A stretch of 64,000 nucleotides of DNA, taken from NCBI GenBank assembly GCA_973895155.1, contig OZ316892.1:15616861-15680860 (forward strand). Reading direction: 5' to 3'. Positions 11,594-24,724 of this stretch are shown piece after piece. Position 1 is the first letter of the stretch. Every line of letters starts with the position of its first letter. The notes under the pieces were generated by a model, which was not told the DNA's origin, ran no database searches, and saw nothing but the letters and a program-made list of their open reading frames with translations. The position numbers and the translations under genes are program-made. The DNA is from Marsupella aquatica. Its lineage: Eukaryota; Plantae; Marchantiophyta.

Positions 11594-14500
11594 CAAGATA
11601 TTCCTAGTTGCAGGTCCTTTCCTCTTGATAGACTTTGTTACAACATCTCCATTTAGAGAAACGCTTCTCTCCAAGTCAAACTCAGCAACATTGGAGAGTA
11701 GCATATTCATCGCATCCTCAAATAGCTTCGGGGAACTTGCCTGATCAGCTGAATGGAAAGCCAATTCCCATATTGTTGGACCTCTCCCTCTATTCAATCC
11801 TTTTCGATTTGTTGTATATGGTGCAACCCTGAGATACAGCTCTATTTTGATCCATTGCACATGCCTCGAAGAGCCCAATTAACCTTTTTTTCATTACCCA
11901 CATTTTCATTCTTGCGTGAACTGACTCTGATCCTAAACATTTTGGAATCCTAGCGCCTTCTTCAACACTTTTGTTCTGGAACGACACAGTACAAAATGTA
12001 GTGAGCATGCGCAAAAGATACTAGCACCAGGCGCTAGACAAAAACTTTGGAAAATCATCAAAATTATTATGTAATCATATGTTTGTCAAAATAAAAGATT
12101 CAAATCAGGTCAGTCGATGAGAATCAATTACATTATTTGGATATTGTGTTCAGGAATTGAATGTTCAGGAATGTCAACAGATACTTGAACTTCTACAAGG
12201 GAGAATGACTTGCATATTACTAGCACTAGCACCAGGTGCTACTACTCACCAAGAAAATAAAATTTCCCCACTGCCTCCAACTCACAACCCACCACAATAT
12301 CCAACACTGAAGCATTCAAAGCTTTCCAGGGAAGCAGTTACCAACTGCCACCATAGGCCAATCTCTGTTGAAAGTCGGTAGGCCTCAACAAATGTTGGTG
12401 CGTTATGTAATTTATCCCATAGCATTTGATGTTTTGCTTGCTTCTCTTCCAACAATGAAACGCTTGGTAAAAATGAAAAGTGTTCGTCCGCTCCCGTCAG
12501 GATTTGGGTGCCCTCCAAAAGAAACATTTTGGACTACTAACCATCCGGCTTGGGCATTGTCTGCCATAAAGCCATGAACAGTTGGGTTATCTAACCCATC
12601 CTCTTTGGATACCTCAATCATTAATCTCCAAGCCTTCTTGAAGGACTCTGTATCTTTAGCTTTTAGCTTGCAAGCGAATATTGTACACAATGCGCGGTAG
12701 TTGTGATCGTAAACGTGTGAGCTGAAAGTCACCCAATCCTTGGTCATTTGTTTCATAACATCGAAGCTTACCCAAGCACCTTCTAGACTCCCACCAGGTT
12801 GCATTTGCCACAAAAGATCCACCCCAACCCATGGCCTTTGGAACTTGTCATCTTGAGGCCTGTCTTCTTGAGACCCCTGACCTGGAAAGATGTACCTCTG
12901 GAGAAAAGGCATGTTGATATTCTTTTGATATTGAACTAGAAAATCCAACTCTCCATGATGACCTTTCTGGTCCTGCCTAACACTCCTGAAAAGAGATGCA
13001 AACTTTTGTGGAGTAGAAACTACCATTAGAGACTGAAAAATTTGTGTTTCTTTGATATCTTGAATATCACCCAAGTTGTCATGTGCACAAAGATTGTACA
13101 AAAGATTTTGTCGCTACATTTTTAATTAAGGCAGGCGTCGAAGATGGATTACCTTCCAATTTTTTTTATGACATCTTCATCCACCTTTTTTGCACTTTGT
13201 GAAAATACCTTACAACAAGGATGGTAGTGCAAAATGTGACTACGAGTATCTGAGTCAAGCAAAACTTGAGGATACATATAAAACAGTCTTGTAGAGCATG
13301 ACTCTACACAAAAAGGAATCTGCTGGCAATAATGACAAACAACTCCACCCTGCTCAATGAACGATCCAACACGGTGTGGCCCTCCAAGTTTAGGGGTACC
13401 TGTCTAGGCCTTTGCATTACTCCTCTTCTTTTGGCGGAAATAGTCACAAGTTTTATTCCTGCACTCAATAAATCCAGTACATGTAACTTTACCAAATTCC
13501 CAGTATTTCTTGGGCTGCACGTTTGCAGTAGTAGGAAAAATTCTAGTCTAGATGTAGCAATCCCTGGAGGGGGATTTCACCGTGACAGCAAACAACAAAC
13601 AACAAAACTCATACCAGCAAATTTGCAACAAAAAATGACACTAAATGAAAACAATATATATACCAAATATCAGTCAAACCCTGAAGTCAAGGTTTTATTT
13701 TGCACCTTACGCAAAGTTTAATTTGTCCAATAACGAGCAGTCTCTTTCAAAAAAAACTTGTTGCGCAAAAAGCAATTTCACATTATATTGGACCTCAAGC
13801 GGCCCTTGACTACATTTATACTAGCACCTGACGCTAGAGGGAAAACATTTTGGCTACAGAATCCCAAGGATTATGATAGACATATCAAAAAGCCTAATCA
13901 ACACCTCTTTGAACTACCGGCTAGAGTAATAGCATCGGGCGCTACCCAATAGGGGATGCCATGAAGTTCTTCTTTTGTGTCGCTCTCCCCAAAGAGAGGT
14001 GAAGAAAACAAGAAAGAACTAAAGACCAGATCCAAAACCACTCGACTCTGAGGCCAATTCAGAACCGCTACTTTCAGATCTATCTGTGGACTCCGCTTCG
14101 TCGTCTACATACTTGGATTTTGCAATGTCATCTATGAAGTGGTTCTGCAAAAACTTCCTATCTGAGCCTCTCCTGAGCCTAAGACCTTTACTCTCCCAAG
14201 TAAGCGTCCTGACTGAATCTGCCTGTTGTGCCGCCTTTTCAGCATAAGAGGGAAGGACAAATGGCTTCTCCAGGGTCTGTACAACGTTCCTAGAGACGTT
14301 CCTTTGAAGTTAAAAATGCCTCCAAAGATTCCACTCTGACCTGACAAGTTGAACTGGAGTTCTTTAGTCAAAGTCGGGAAATTGATGGAACTTTCTAGAC
14401 AAAAGGGAGTAGAGGAGATCTTTGGCAAAAAATATAAAATGAGAGAAAGAAAGCTAAAGATAATTACTCTTCTGACTCTTCACTGTCCTCATCTCTAGAT

Positions 14501-14633
14501 CCAATGTCCATCACATTCTTTGACACCTCATCAACTTTAGATTGTTGAGAACCATTGCCGCCCTCATCCTCGTCTTCAGAATCAAAATTTAGAATAGCAT
14601 GGAGCTTGTCCTAAGTCGCGGAACTTGACTACA

Positions 14634-17600
14634 TGTCACGTCGTCGGCTTCGGCCTTAACTCAGACTTCAGCTTAGACGGGCACATCCCTTGTAAATTTG
14701 AGGGTTCGGGCAGGAAGGGAAGCACGTAATGCACCTTATTCTCGTAAACTAGCGCTAAGTGCGCATACTGCTAAATACGGACACCTCCTAGGTATGGTTT
14801 GTGTTCCGCCGCCGGAACGTACCTTAGTCGATAGCAGGATCGACCCCGGCTTAAGGGCTTCTAAGCCTTCGTTCTGTCCGCCTTCGATCCGGATTCGATG
14901 ATACAGGTCCTCAACCCGTGCTCGCAACCACTTACCTGCAGGCTGCACCCTGTGCACGTCTCGGGTAGTGCGTTCGGCCTGGCGCTGCCACCCCTATACG
15001 AGAAACCCACACACATACACGCGCACATGCATACAATCTCGATTTACATGAAGGAAAATGATGGGAAAGGATTTTACTACAAAGGGAACATATGCGTACA
15101 CTTAGTTGACCCGACAGCCCCGGAATGAACAGGTTCAAGGCCGAGGGTGCACACTACAACGGAGCCCGGCTCCGCACTCGCCCGACGAGCTTAGTCCTAC
15201 CCCCCCTTGGTACTCTTTCATTCCCAGAGGTCGGGACTCCCCGCACATACCGCGGATGTCCAACTCTAAAACTAAAACCCCCCCCCCTTGCCTCTACCAA
15301 GGGGTGCACTAAATACTAAGGGCCGAGGGACGGGGTGTCCTCTCGCCGAAGATTCGCTGACTAAGGTCCTAACTAAGCTAACAGTCAGGCCGAAAACGGC
15401 TGTGTCTTATTAGAAGATCCTAATCTACGCAGGCTGGACAGCATGGCAGCGCTGCTGTGCCTAAGGCAGGTGCCTGTCCCAAGAGCCTGACTAAGCTAGT
15501 CCTAATCCTAATCTATTCCTACTCCGCCGCTAATGCCTGGCACGCTTGCTAGAGCCGCCTGAATGGGAGCGGCCATCCCGCTGCCTTCGAAGCCTGTCAT
15601 TGTCCGCCTTGAGGAGCTGGACCTGGTCCAGCAGAGATTCGTTCTCTCGCCTCGTCGCGTCCGTCTCCTCTGCTACCTCCTGACATGCCTCTTCCAGCTG
15701 CTGGGCGTCGCTCGTCAATTTACCCGCCAGCTGGTCCTGCTTCTCGGCCTCGGTTTGGAGCCGCGCCACCTCGGCCTGCAGCGTGGCTATCTCCGCCGTG
15801 TCCCGCTGGGCCCGTTCCTCGGCCTCCTTCAGGTCTTTCTGCCAGGTGATAGTTTGATTCTTCAAACTGTCAATCTGGTTCCAGAGTCGTGTAATCTCGG
15901 CCTCGTTCCCAGCTTTGGCCTGTTCGGCTAGGGCGGTAAGAGTGTGCACCTTTGCTAACAACTCATCGGCGGCTGCAACCTTGGGTCGTAGTTGTCGAAG
16001 CTCTGCCTCTTGAGCCGCAACTTCGTTCTTTAGGTACACGGACTCCACCCGGTACCGCTCTATCCTCTAAAGGGCCTCTGACTGGGCCCGACCTGCCTTT
16101 ACTGCGGCAACCAACTCCTGATTGAAGAAACATGCTACCTTCCGGGCCATGAACTCCCCGGTATCCCGGGCAATTTGATGAGAGAAATCTCCCAAAAGCC
16201 CGTTCAGAAATGTACCCGGTACGAAGAGTTCCGGGTGGTCCAGGTTGTGCCTCTCCGGAGTTGGGCACGGGCAGACGTCAACACGCGCGGGGGCCGGGGC
16301 AGTGACGTCCAGCCCTGGGGACGTAACGTTGGAAGGGGCCAGAGCGTCCTCTTGTAGCAATGTCCGGTTCTCCGAAATAGCCACCGGTGGGTCTTTGGGA
16401 GAACCGGGCTCGAGTAAGACCTCCGCCGTACCGACTTCTGTACTTAGCCCGACTTGTTGGGTCGCATCAACGGTTGCGACAACCGACCCATCCGGTACCT
16501 TCTCGGTTACGACTACAGCTACTTGTGGAGGTGGGGTGGGTGAAGCTGGCGTGTCCGCTGGACTTCGGGCCTCGGGTTGGGGCCATCTCTCCAAGGCCGG
16601 GAAAACCCACCTAGCTGGGACCAGCTTTGTAATGTTGACACGGGGAAGGGTTTGTCGATCAAACCGAGCGTACCACTCAAGAATCATCTCGATGTGGCTA
16701 GCGAAATACGCCTTCCCACCAATGTACAGCGTCTTCCTTCGCCGCTCCATCTCTTCATGGAATTTCTTAGCGAAGTACGACGCCCACCTTCTAGGTCGAT
16801 AGTTCTCGACCTGGATAACCTGGGCGGCGGAGATCTCTCCCCGGGGTTCCATCATGTGGAGGGCGTACCTCTGGAACTCCAGTCGCTCAGCTATCTCCGG
16901 GATGAGACAGGTCCTCATCACGAACCCGTTGTCCACTGCTCCCTCTGAGGGAAAGCTTGAAGATTGGTACTTGGCTCCCTTGCCCCCGAGAGCCCGTGAT
17001 TCGACTCGATGGTCACCTTCGGGTAACCCGAAGATCATCCTGAGCCGTTCTTTCGTAAGGGACATACTCCTTCCCCGCAACCGAGTATGTTGACGCGCGT
17101 CGTCATAATTCCTGACGAACTCCGTCATGTCCTCCCCGTAGTACTTGCAAGTGTTCCAGGGGAGGGAGGCGAGGTGCTCGAATCCCTGAGTCTTCAGGTA
17201 CACCGCATGCTTGGGATGGAGGATGTTTTTGTGAACGTTTTCCCCCATGCGGTGCATTGTCACCTTGGCTACGGCTACCGTGGCCAACGGTAACCCGGAT
17301 GCAGTGGCGGATTCCTTCCTCTTCTTCCCCGTGACTGGCTCGGGGAAGGTGACACCTCCCCATCCTCCCGATCGGGCCTGGGTAGTGCCACTGCCGTTAG
17401 TAACGGGCCCGGGTCGGCCACGGTCACCATGTTGTCTGCCGGGGCCGCTCCTGGGGTCAGAGCAGGGGGTGGGGATGATATAGTGTCGGCCCCCTGAGCG
17501 CTTGTTCCTCTGGGCCGCCTGGTCAAGGGTGGGGTAGCCTCATCATCATCGCTAAGATCCATAGCGTTTATGATGGAGCGTACTTGTGCTGGCTGGGCGA

Positions 17601-18638
17601 TCGGTGGTGGGGTTTGGCTAGGCTGCGGCTGAGGCTGAAGCTGAAGCTGAGCCTGAGGTTGTATGGGTACGGGTACGGGTACGGGTACGGCTGAGTTGGT
17701 CATGTTGGTTGATGGCCGAGTTCCCCTGAAGCTCTGTAGGTGCTGGTAGAAGTTCTCCAAAGCGAGTGCAGACGACCTTGTCGAACGGGTAGTGCTGGAC
17801 TCGCTGTTGATGATAGCCCAAACCTGAGCAGGGATGTGGTCAAAGTGATGTCGTTGCAAGTCGATCGTACCCGGGATATTGAAGACCTCATCCGGAAGCC
17901 GAAGCAATGCTTCCCAGAACCTGATATATTTGTCTCCGTTGAAGAAGTACCCAGATACCTCTGCTGGTCGGTAAAGCTGGCTCTGAGACGGGTAGTCAAA
18001 GTTAAGGATGTAGTGGTGTCGTCCTGCTAGGCGGATGGCTCTCTCGTACTCGCATTCGATTTCGTATCGGCGCGGGTTGGCGTGTTTCAATGAGTCGGCC
18101 AAGTGCCTTCCGGTAGATAGGAACTGCGTCCAGAATCGAATGGCCGAGCTGGAGAGGATCGTGTGCGACATTCAAAGGAGATAGTAGTGGCGACTTAGAG
18201 CGTATGAGAGAGCTGGGGTCGAAGCTAGCGCGTGGACTGATGGACTGGTGCACTACAAAGGGTTGGCTCCCCTTTTATACCTTGAGGGCTTGTCGATCCC
18301 CCGACGTCTCCTCGACGCCCATAGGCTGAACCGCTCACGCTTGTGGTGTACCGGCCACTCCGCCGGTCTGAGTCAGCGCGTGTCAGTGGCCGCTTCCTTA
18401 AGTTCGTTATACGGACCCGAGGGAGGGGCCCCTCCACGCTCGTAACCCGGGTGTGCGAATAGCGACCCGCCGCCAGTCCGAACCTGAATTCCCCCTTATT
18501 GCCTAATGATGTCCTACCCATAATGATTACCTAAATACTGTCGTTATGCTAATAATAGCGGCCTAAGACACTCCTAACGCGCGTGCTAAGCGCAGTTAGA
18601 TCGAATCACTCATTAACCGCCGTACCGGCGGTGTCACA
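14634..18638 (-). repeat. 3' LTR (4005 bp)
   Basis: Near-identical to 24737-28730 (about 10 substitutions in the first 400 bp by eye); preceded on the minus strand by AAGCAGGGAGCTA. Confidence 0.96.
15530..18171 (-). pseudogene. LTR-internal accessory ORF (~880 codons reconstructed): N-terminal domain, P/Q-rich linker, plant-retroelement accessory domain, C-terminal coiled coil
   Basis: Pieces 18171-17275, 17287-16067 and 16048-15530. The 1-bp frameshift near 17330 is absent in the other LTR; the TAG at 16067-69 is in frame. GFEHLASLPW...EFVRNY...LRGRSMSLT.E.LR.IFGLP resembles Athila/Tat extra-ORF domains. Confidence 0.85.
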
Positions 18639-21600
18639 TAGCTCCCTGCTTAATTGTGAAGCGTCCTCGCAAACATCACTCTCGGCGTCGTCATCTTGAT
18701 GGTGGTACTTTTTTACACGATCGTAGCTGATTCGCGTGGGGAGTAAATCGCTGGCATAAGTCGCAAGCTCCAAAGATCCGTTACGGTAGATCTGATTGAC
18801 AAGGAAGGGCCCTAACCACCGGGTATGAAGCTTCCCTGGAAACTGCATGTACCTACTGTCATACAGAAGGACTAGATCACCTGCCACGACGTCGACCCTC
18901 CATAGTCCTTTGTCGTGCTGCTTCTTCGAAGTTGCCTGTATCTTCACGGCGTGTCGAGCTGCTAGTAGCCGTGCTTCTTCTAGGGCTTCAATCTGATAAG
19001 CTCGGTCTGACGAACTTTCAGGTTCGGGTAAGCGATCCCGAATGTTGACTCGTGGAGTGTGTACTTCAAACTCGACGGGCACCAACGAATGTTGGCCGAA
19101 CACAAGAAAGTACGGGCTGTGACTCGTAGTAATTTTGTAAGCGAGATTATACGAGTACACCGCTGAGTACAACTTATCATCCCAATCCGTTTTGTGCGCC
19201 GCTACCGTCTTGTTGAGGATTTTCCCAATGATACCATTGGCTCTCTCTATCATCCCGTTGGCCTTAGGATGATACGGGGTAGTCTTGCGGTGCTTGACTA
19301 GGTAACGCTTCGTAAGCTGGGCTATGGTGTCATTGAGGAAGTGGGTCCCACGGTCCCTTACCAATTCTAAGGGCGGGCCGAATCGGGTGAAAATCTGTTC
19401 GTATAAGAATCTGGCACTGGTTGCAGCGTCGTCCTTTACCGTAGCCCACGCTTTGACCCACTTGGTGGAGTAATCAATAGCTAGTAGGATGTACCTGCAT
19501 CTTCGCCTTCGGGTAACGGGAGTAAACGGCCCGATATAATCAATTCCCCATTTTTTGAATGGTGCCAATGGAAGCACAGATGTGAGCGGGTGATGATGAG
19601 CCCGTCTCGGGGCCCCAGCCCGCTGACACAGGTCACAGCCCTTAATGAAGCGCTGTACATCCCGATGCAACGTCGGCCACCAATACCCCGAGTCCAGAAT
19701 CTTTCGGGCTGTCGTGACCGCCGCGAAATGGCCTCCAGCTTCTTCTTCATGCAAGGCCCGCATCACGATAAGCGTCTCCTTATACTCCAAGCAGCGTCGT
19801 AACTTCCCATTAACTCCTTCCTTATGTAGGTGACCCTGTACCATGACATAAGGCCCGGCTTTCCGTAGAAACACAGCGGCGGCTTCCTGATTGATGCCGT
19901 CAGGGATGCGGCCTGTCAAGAGGAAGGTGATAATTGAGCCGTACCACGTTGGCGTCCCCACCCCTACGTGGAACAACTCCTCATCCGGAAAAATATCATC
20001 AATTGGCTGATCAACTGGTACGCCGTCCAGCCTTGAAAAGAAGTCGGCATTGAGGTGTGCCTTTCCGGGCCGAACCCGAACTTCGTAGTTAAATTCCTGG
20101 AGAAGTAGCACCCACCGGGCTATCCGTCCCGTCACGTCCGCTTTGTTGACCATGTACTTCAGGCTATCATGATCTGTGTGGAATATGACCTTGTAGCCTA
20201 GCAGATAGTGTCGAAACTTTTTACACGAGTAGATTATTCCCAGAGCTTCTCGATCAGTGGGGGAATAATTCTTTTTGGCTGTGAATAATTGACGGCTAGT
20301 GAAGTAGATGGGGTGGTCGCGTCCGTTCTCATCAAGCTGACTGAGCACGGATCCAATATAGAACCTGACACATCGACATACACGTGGAACTCCTTATTCC
20401 AGTCCAAAGTAACCATGATAGGTGCGGTGGTGAGTCTTTTACGGAGTTCTTCGAAAGCAATCCGTCTCCTGGGTGTCTCCTCGATCACCGCATCCTTTTT
20501 CATCATCTCAGTCAAGGGCAACGCTATTTTAGCAAAGTCTTTAATAAACCGACGGTAATACCCTACACAGCCCAAGAAGGATCGTACCGCTTTTTGATCT
20601 ACGAGAAACACCACCGCCATCCAGGCCGCGACCTTCTCTTGGTCCACCTGGATACCCCGTTTGGACACACGATGCCCGAGTAATACTCCCTCCTCTACCC
20701 CGAAAAAACATTTAGCGGGATGTAGTTTGAGGTTAACCTCTCGGCATCATTGCAATGTTCATCTTAGGTGTTCGGGGTGCATGGCAACGGTTCCAAAGAT
20801 GGCAAAGTCATCGATAAATATCTCCAGAAATTCCCGTAGGAAATCGTGGAAGATATTCATCATAAGGCGCTGAAACATGGCCGGGGCGTTACACAGACCG
20901 AAAGGCATCCTCCGAAATGCGAAAGTCCCCCACTCCGTAGTGAAAGTTGTTTTGAGCTGATCCGTGAGGCGAATCCAGATTTGGTTATAACCTGAATACC
21001 CGTCAAGAAATGTATAGATTTTATTTCGGGCTACCATATCTAGAACCATATCCGTGAATGGTAATGGGTAATGGTCTTTTCGGGTTGCGTCGTTCAGCTT
21101 ACGGTAGTCCTGACAAATATGAATCTTAGGTTTTCCATCCGTACCTCCCTTCTTTGGTACAATGACAATGGGAGAGACCCAGTCGCTGGCCATTACCGGG
21201 TAGATGATATCGGCGGCGAGGAGACGATCAATTTCCTCCTTCACTAAGATGGAGTACCTCGGGTTCATGCGACGTTGTCGCTACCGTACCGCATGGGCTC
21301 CTAGGTTCAGATCGATCGTGTGTTCTCCCAACTCGGGGGAGACGCCTGTTAAATCATGATGACTCCATGCAAACACATCTTCATATTCCTTGAGCAAAGC
21401 TTGGATGGATTTTTCAGCCTCCCCTGTCAGAGCGTGGCCCAGGTTAAAAGATTTGTCCATCCCAATGGTGTACTTCCGGTAGTGCTCCTTCCTGATGACT
21501 TCAACCTGGTTTCGCAGGCTCGGGTCCAGGCTCGCATCAAGCTCAGCTAACCGAACTCCTCCGTACATGGGTGGAACCGGGATTGGTCTCGGGATTGGAG

Positions 21601-24600
21601 TTTCTTCCTCCAATTGCGGAATGGACGGATCCCATGAGACTCGTTTCTTATGTCTCGGTCTCGAGTTTTCGGCCTCGGGCGGTTGTTGGGCTGGTTTGTG
21701 GTCACGAGGCTCTGCAACGGTAGAAGCAGCCTCGGCTCCCTGCTTAGCTGGAGCCATGTCCTCTGTCTCGACGAGTTGTTCGTGTGTTTCCTCATCCCCG
21801 GCAGTAGATGTGCTTGGGGTGGACTCAATGGCAGCCCTTGGGTAGTTTAGGAGATGTGTTTTGCGGGTTGCTTCAACTTCAAAGACATCTTCCTCGGACA
21901 GGGACGAGATGAGTTCAATCATATTGAGTTCCTCTTCCTCCGAGGTCTCCGAATCATATTCCTCGGGTCCTTGTGGGGTTTCTCCCTGATAATTGTCCAT
22001 TGCCCATGATACCCGTACGGTGGGTTCCCCGAACCGTAGCTCCTTCTTTCCCCAATCCGTGACTACGCGGCCACCATACAGCCACGGCCTGCCCAGAAGA
22101 ACCGGGTAAGAGGAGGGACGAACCGGCCTCATGACTAGGAAGTTGAGATAGAACTCCACCCCTCCCACCAGGGTGAGCACTCGTGTGAGCGTGCCTAATG
22201 GGAGGACCCTTGCCCCGTTTGCTAATCTGATGGCTCGGGCTGTGGGTTCATACGTGAGGTATCCTAACTTGACTGACGTTTCTTCAGTCATGATGTTGAC
22301 TCCCGCTCCTCCGTCTACAAGAACCATCTTGGTGGTACAATTATTAATTTCGATCGAGATGTCCGGCGCTCCAAGGTCCTCACATATCATGTTGCAGTCC
22401 GCGATCCCAACTCGGGGTAGTCTCCTCCTCCGGCAACCCATGAGCAACTCCCTTAGTTGCCGTCTGTACTGTGGGTTGTTCAGCAGCAGTTGCCCCACCG
22501 TCGCTGTAACCGGGCAACTCTTCACGTCTTCCTTAATATCATAGTTCTCCTTTTTATCCTCTTTCGGCTGCAGCTTGGCTTCCTCTTGCTTTTCTTGCTC
22601 TTCTTGCTCCTGGCGCCGGGCGGTCTCGGCTGCTTTGATGTCCTTATCGATTGCCTTCTGGTATTCCCGAGCTTTGTAAGCCTCCAACTGTTTCTTTACC
22701 AGTTCTTCGATGCGGGGGTAGAATAGCTTTGGGTCGTCCCGTCGGTAGTCATCGTCCTTTTCTGGGGGTATATCTATCGCTGGCTGCACCGGAGTAGTAT
22801 CTTGCTTTTTCCTTCGTTTCTCCTCCGTCTTCTCTTCCTTCCGTTTGGCCCTTGTCGACACTCGGTAGCACTCGGCCTCATCCAATGGATCAGGGTGCTC
22901 TGCTACGTCCACCAAATTCACCCACTCGGTGTTGTCATCTTGCCATTCTACAGCAATCATTTGGACGACTGCATCGCTCGTGGCCGGTCCAGCCTGGGCC
23001 GGTCTAGCTACGCTCGTTCGAGCAGCGATTACCAACGGACAGTTGGCTGTGGAATGAGCCTCCGTTTTGCAGACTTGACATAGTGGGGTGCCTCGGCCAT
23101 CTCCCTGATGTCTTGGTTTGGTGCATTCCCTCGCAAAGTGTCTTGGCTTTTCACAGTTATAACAAACCGGGGATCGCCAAATCCCTGGCTTAGGAGGGAT
23201 GCTCGGGTTACTGATAACCTGGAAACTCCGGCCATTGTTTGGGTAGGGGTACGCAGTTCTACCCGCTAAATTACGCGGACCTACCATTGAAATCTGGTAC
23301 ACGGAATCAGGAGGGTCCTCAAAGAAATACTCCGTGGACTCCGATTCGGGACCCGGGTTGTCAACATCATCCAGCTCTACTTGGTGAACTCGGTTCTTCC
23401 ACCTTGGGCATTCCTGCACCACATGGCCGGATTGGAAGCACTTTGAACACCACGCATGGGCTTGAATCTCAGATGGCTTCTTCTTCTCCACCGGCTTTTC
23501 AGCAAGATGTACTGACAGTGCTTTGAGTCGATCCGTGATTTTGTTCAGCTTGTCTGCTTCGGCAGCCTTTGGATCTGGTATCGTTCTTCGCGCCCGGGGT
23601 TTGATCTTCCCCTCCTTCTTCACTCGTCTCTTCTTCTTTTTGCTCCGGGTTTCGCTCTCCGAGTCACTTCCTGATGAACTGGAGGTAGAGGATCCGGTGC
23701 TTGAAGCTGAATCCAAACTGGATTCCGTCTACGAGCTGGATGAGGTCGAACGATGTTTCTTCTTCTTCTTGCGTTTCTTCTTCCTCTCATCGTCCGATTC
23801 GGAGTTAATGTCACTGAAGGTCTCATACTTACCCTTCTTGCGGCGTGCTCGTTGGCTCTGCCGGGAGTTATAGGTGGACTCCCGGTAAGTTTCGGCGCAC
23901 GCTATGGCCGCCTGCATTGAAATTGGATTATTCTGGCATACCCAGAATTGCATATTCGTGGGCAAACCATGAAGGAACCATGTAAGCTGGAGCGCGTCTC
24001 CCGGCCTGGGCCGGATCTTGGCCGCAAGTTTATGAAACTTCTGAATGAACTTCCGCAGGGACTCCTTTCCCATGCGAAGCTGGCCAATCTTTAATAGAGA
24101 ATGTTGTTCTGATCCAATGGCACAAAACTCCTGCAGCAATGCAGCTTGGAATTGTGCCCATGTAGTCCCGGGTGGCAACGTGTTGTACCATGGACGAGCT
24201 TCTCCCCGCATCACTCCCGGGAGGACGGTTAGTTTAATAGCGTCTTCCCCATTAGCTTTAGCAGTGGCTTCAAACTCATCCAACCATTCATCTGGATCAT
24301 CCCCATGATGCCCCTTGAAAGGTCGATAATGAAATAGCGATCGTTGCGATATTTGTGGAGGAGCTTGAGCAGCGCGGGCCATCGGTGGAGCGGCTGCCAT
24401 AGGTGGTGGTGGAGGTGGCGGTGGTGGTGGTGGTGGCGGAGGAACCGCAACAGGACCGGTCGAACCGGACCCCGAAGGTCCTGGGGGTATGTTCATACGT
24501 CGGGGCGATTGCGAGTCCTTCGAGCCCGAAGAATCAGAACTTGTCGTGGTTGCACTTTCTCGTTCGCTGGTCAATCTCCTCAAGTAAGCTGCTTGAGAAC

Positions 24601-24613
24601 GAGTGACGGGCAT
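18606..24613 (-). pseudogene. gag-pol polyprotein (three CCHC knuckles, protease LVDGG, RT FIDD, RNase H, integrase HHCC/DDE/GPF), broken by in-frame stops and a frameshift
   Basis: ORFs 24613-23729, 23716-21281 and 21268-20759 share a frame across single stops; frameshift near 20360; the integrase stop lies 33 nt inside the 3' LTR. Confidence 0.95.
18639..18651 (-). other. Polypurine tract region
   Basis: AAGCAGGGAGCTA immediately 5' of the 3' LTR TG on the minus strand. Confidence 0.75.
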
Positions 24614-24706
24614 TTACTCATATAAATGCGATGGTTAGTACTACGTCCTGAAGTATCCTGCCTAGGTGAATACGCACATGTCTCCCCTCTACGATATGCA
24701 GAGTGG

Positions 24707-24724
24707 CCCCTCCATCTAGCGCCA
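24707..24724 (-). other. Primer-binding site, probably tRNA-Asn
   Basis: TGGCGCTAGATGGAGGGG, 12 nt from the LTR end; near-complementary to the plant tRNA-Asn(GUU) 3' end as recalled (CCCCTCCTTCTAGCGCCA), one mismatch. Confidence 0.75.

Larger units (their letters stand above)
9776..13520 (-). pseudogene. MULE transposase pseudogene with C-terminal SWIM zinc finger
   Basis: Core WVSFDVMK...GFMADNAQAGW..V..V.F...FH (Mutator DDE pattern) at 12412-13101; SWIM CSCEDF...PCKHLYW at 9776-10075. Colinear with 46464-50595; interrupted by an intron and two insertions. Confidence 0.8.
9092..14633 (-). mobile_element. Decayed MULE-family DNA transposon (copy 1); one terminus GGGGTAAGG...GGAAACAGGGAAACAG at 9092
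   Basis: Terminus resembles the TIR of the MITE at 46946-47270. Contains the transposase pseudogene and five TAGCGCCnGGCGCTA palindromes. The other end was not found; the right boundary is set at the Gypsy insertion. Confidence 0.6.

Noticed and set aside
13970-14633. Acidic minus-strand coding remnant resembling 38190-38250 (KYVDDEAE vs KFVDDRAK)
   Set aside because: Similarity is short and low-complexity; homology to the ParB-MTase gene tail cannot be supported.
16245-16802. Plus-strand ORFs antisense to the LTR ORF (also 26222-26902)
   Set aside because: Shadow frames of a GC-rich coding region with no independent motif or promoter evidence.
24716-24724. PBS GGCGCTAG matching half of the TAGCGCCnGGCGCTA palindrome
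   Set aside because: Only a half-site and fully explained by tRNA complementarity; treated as coincidence.
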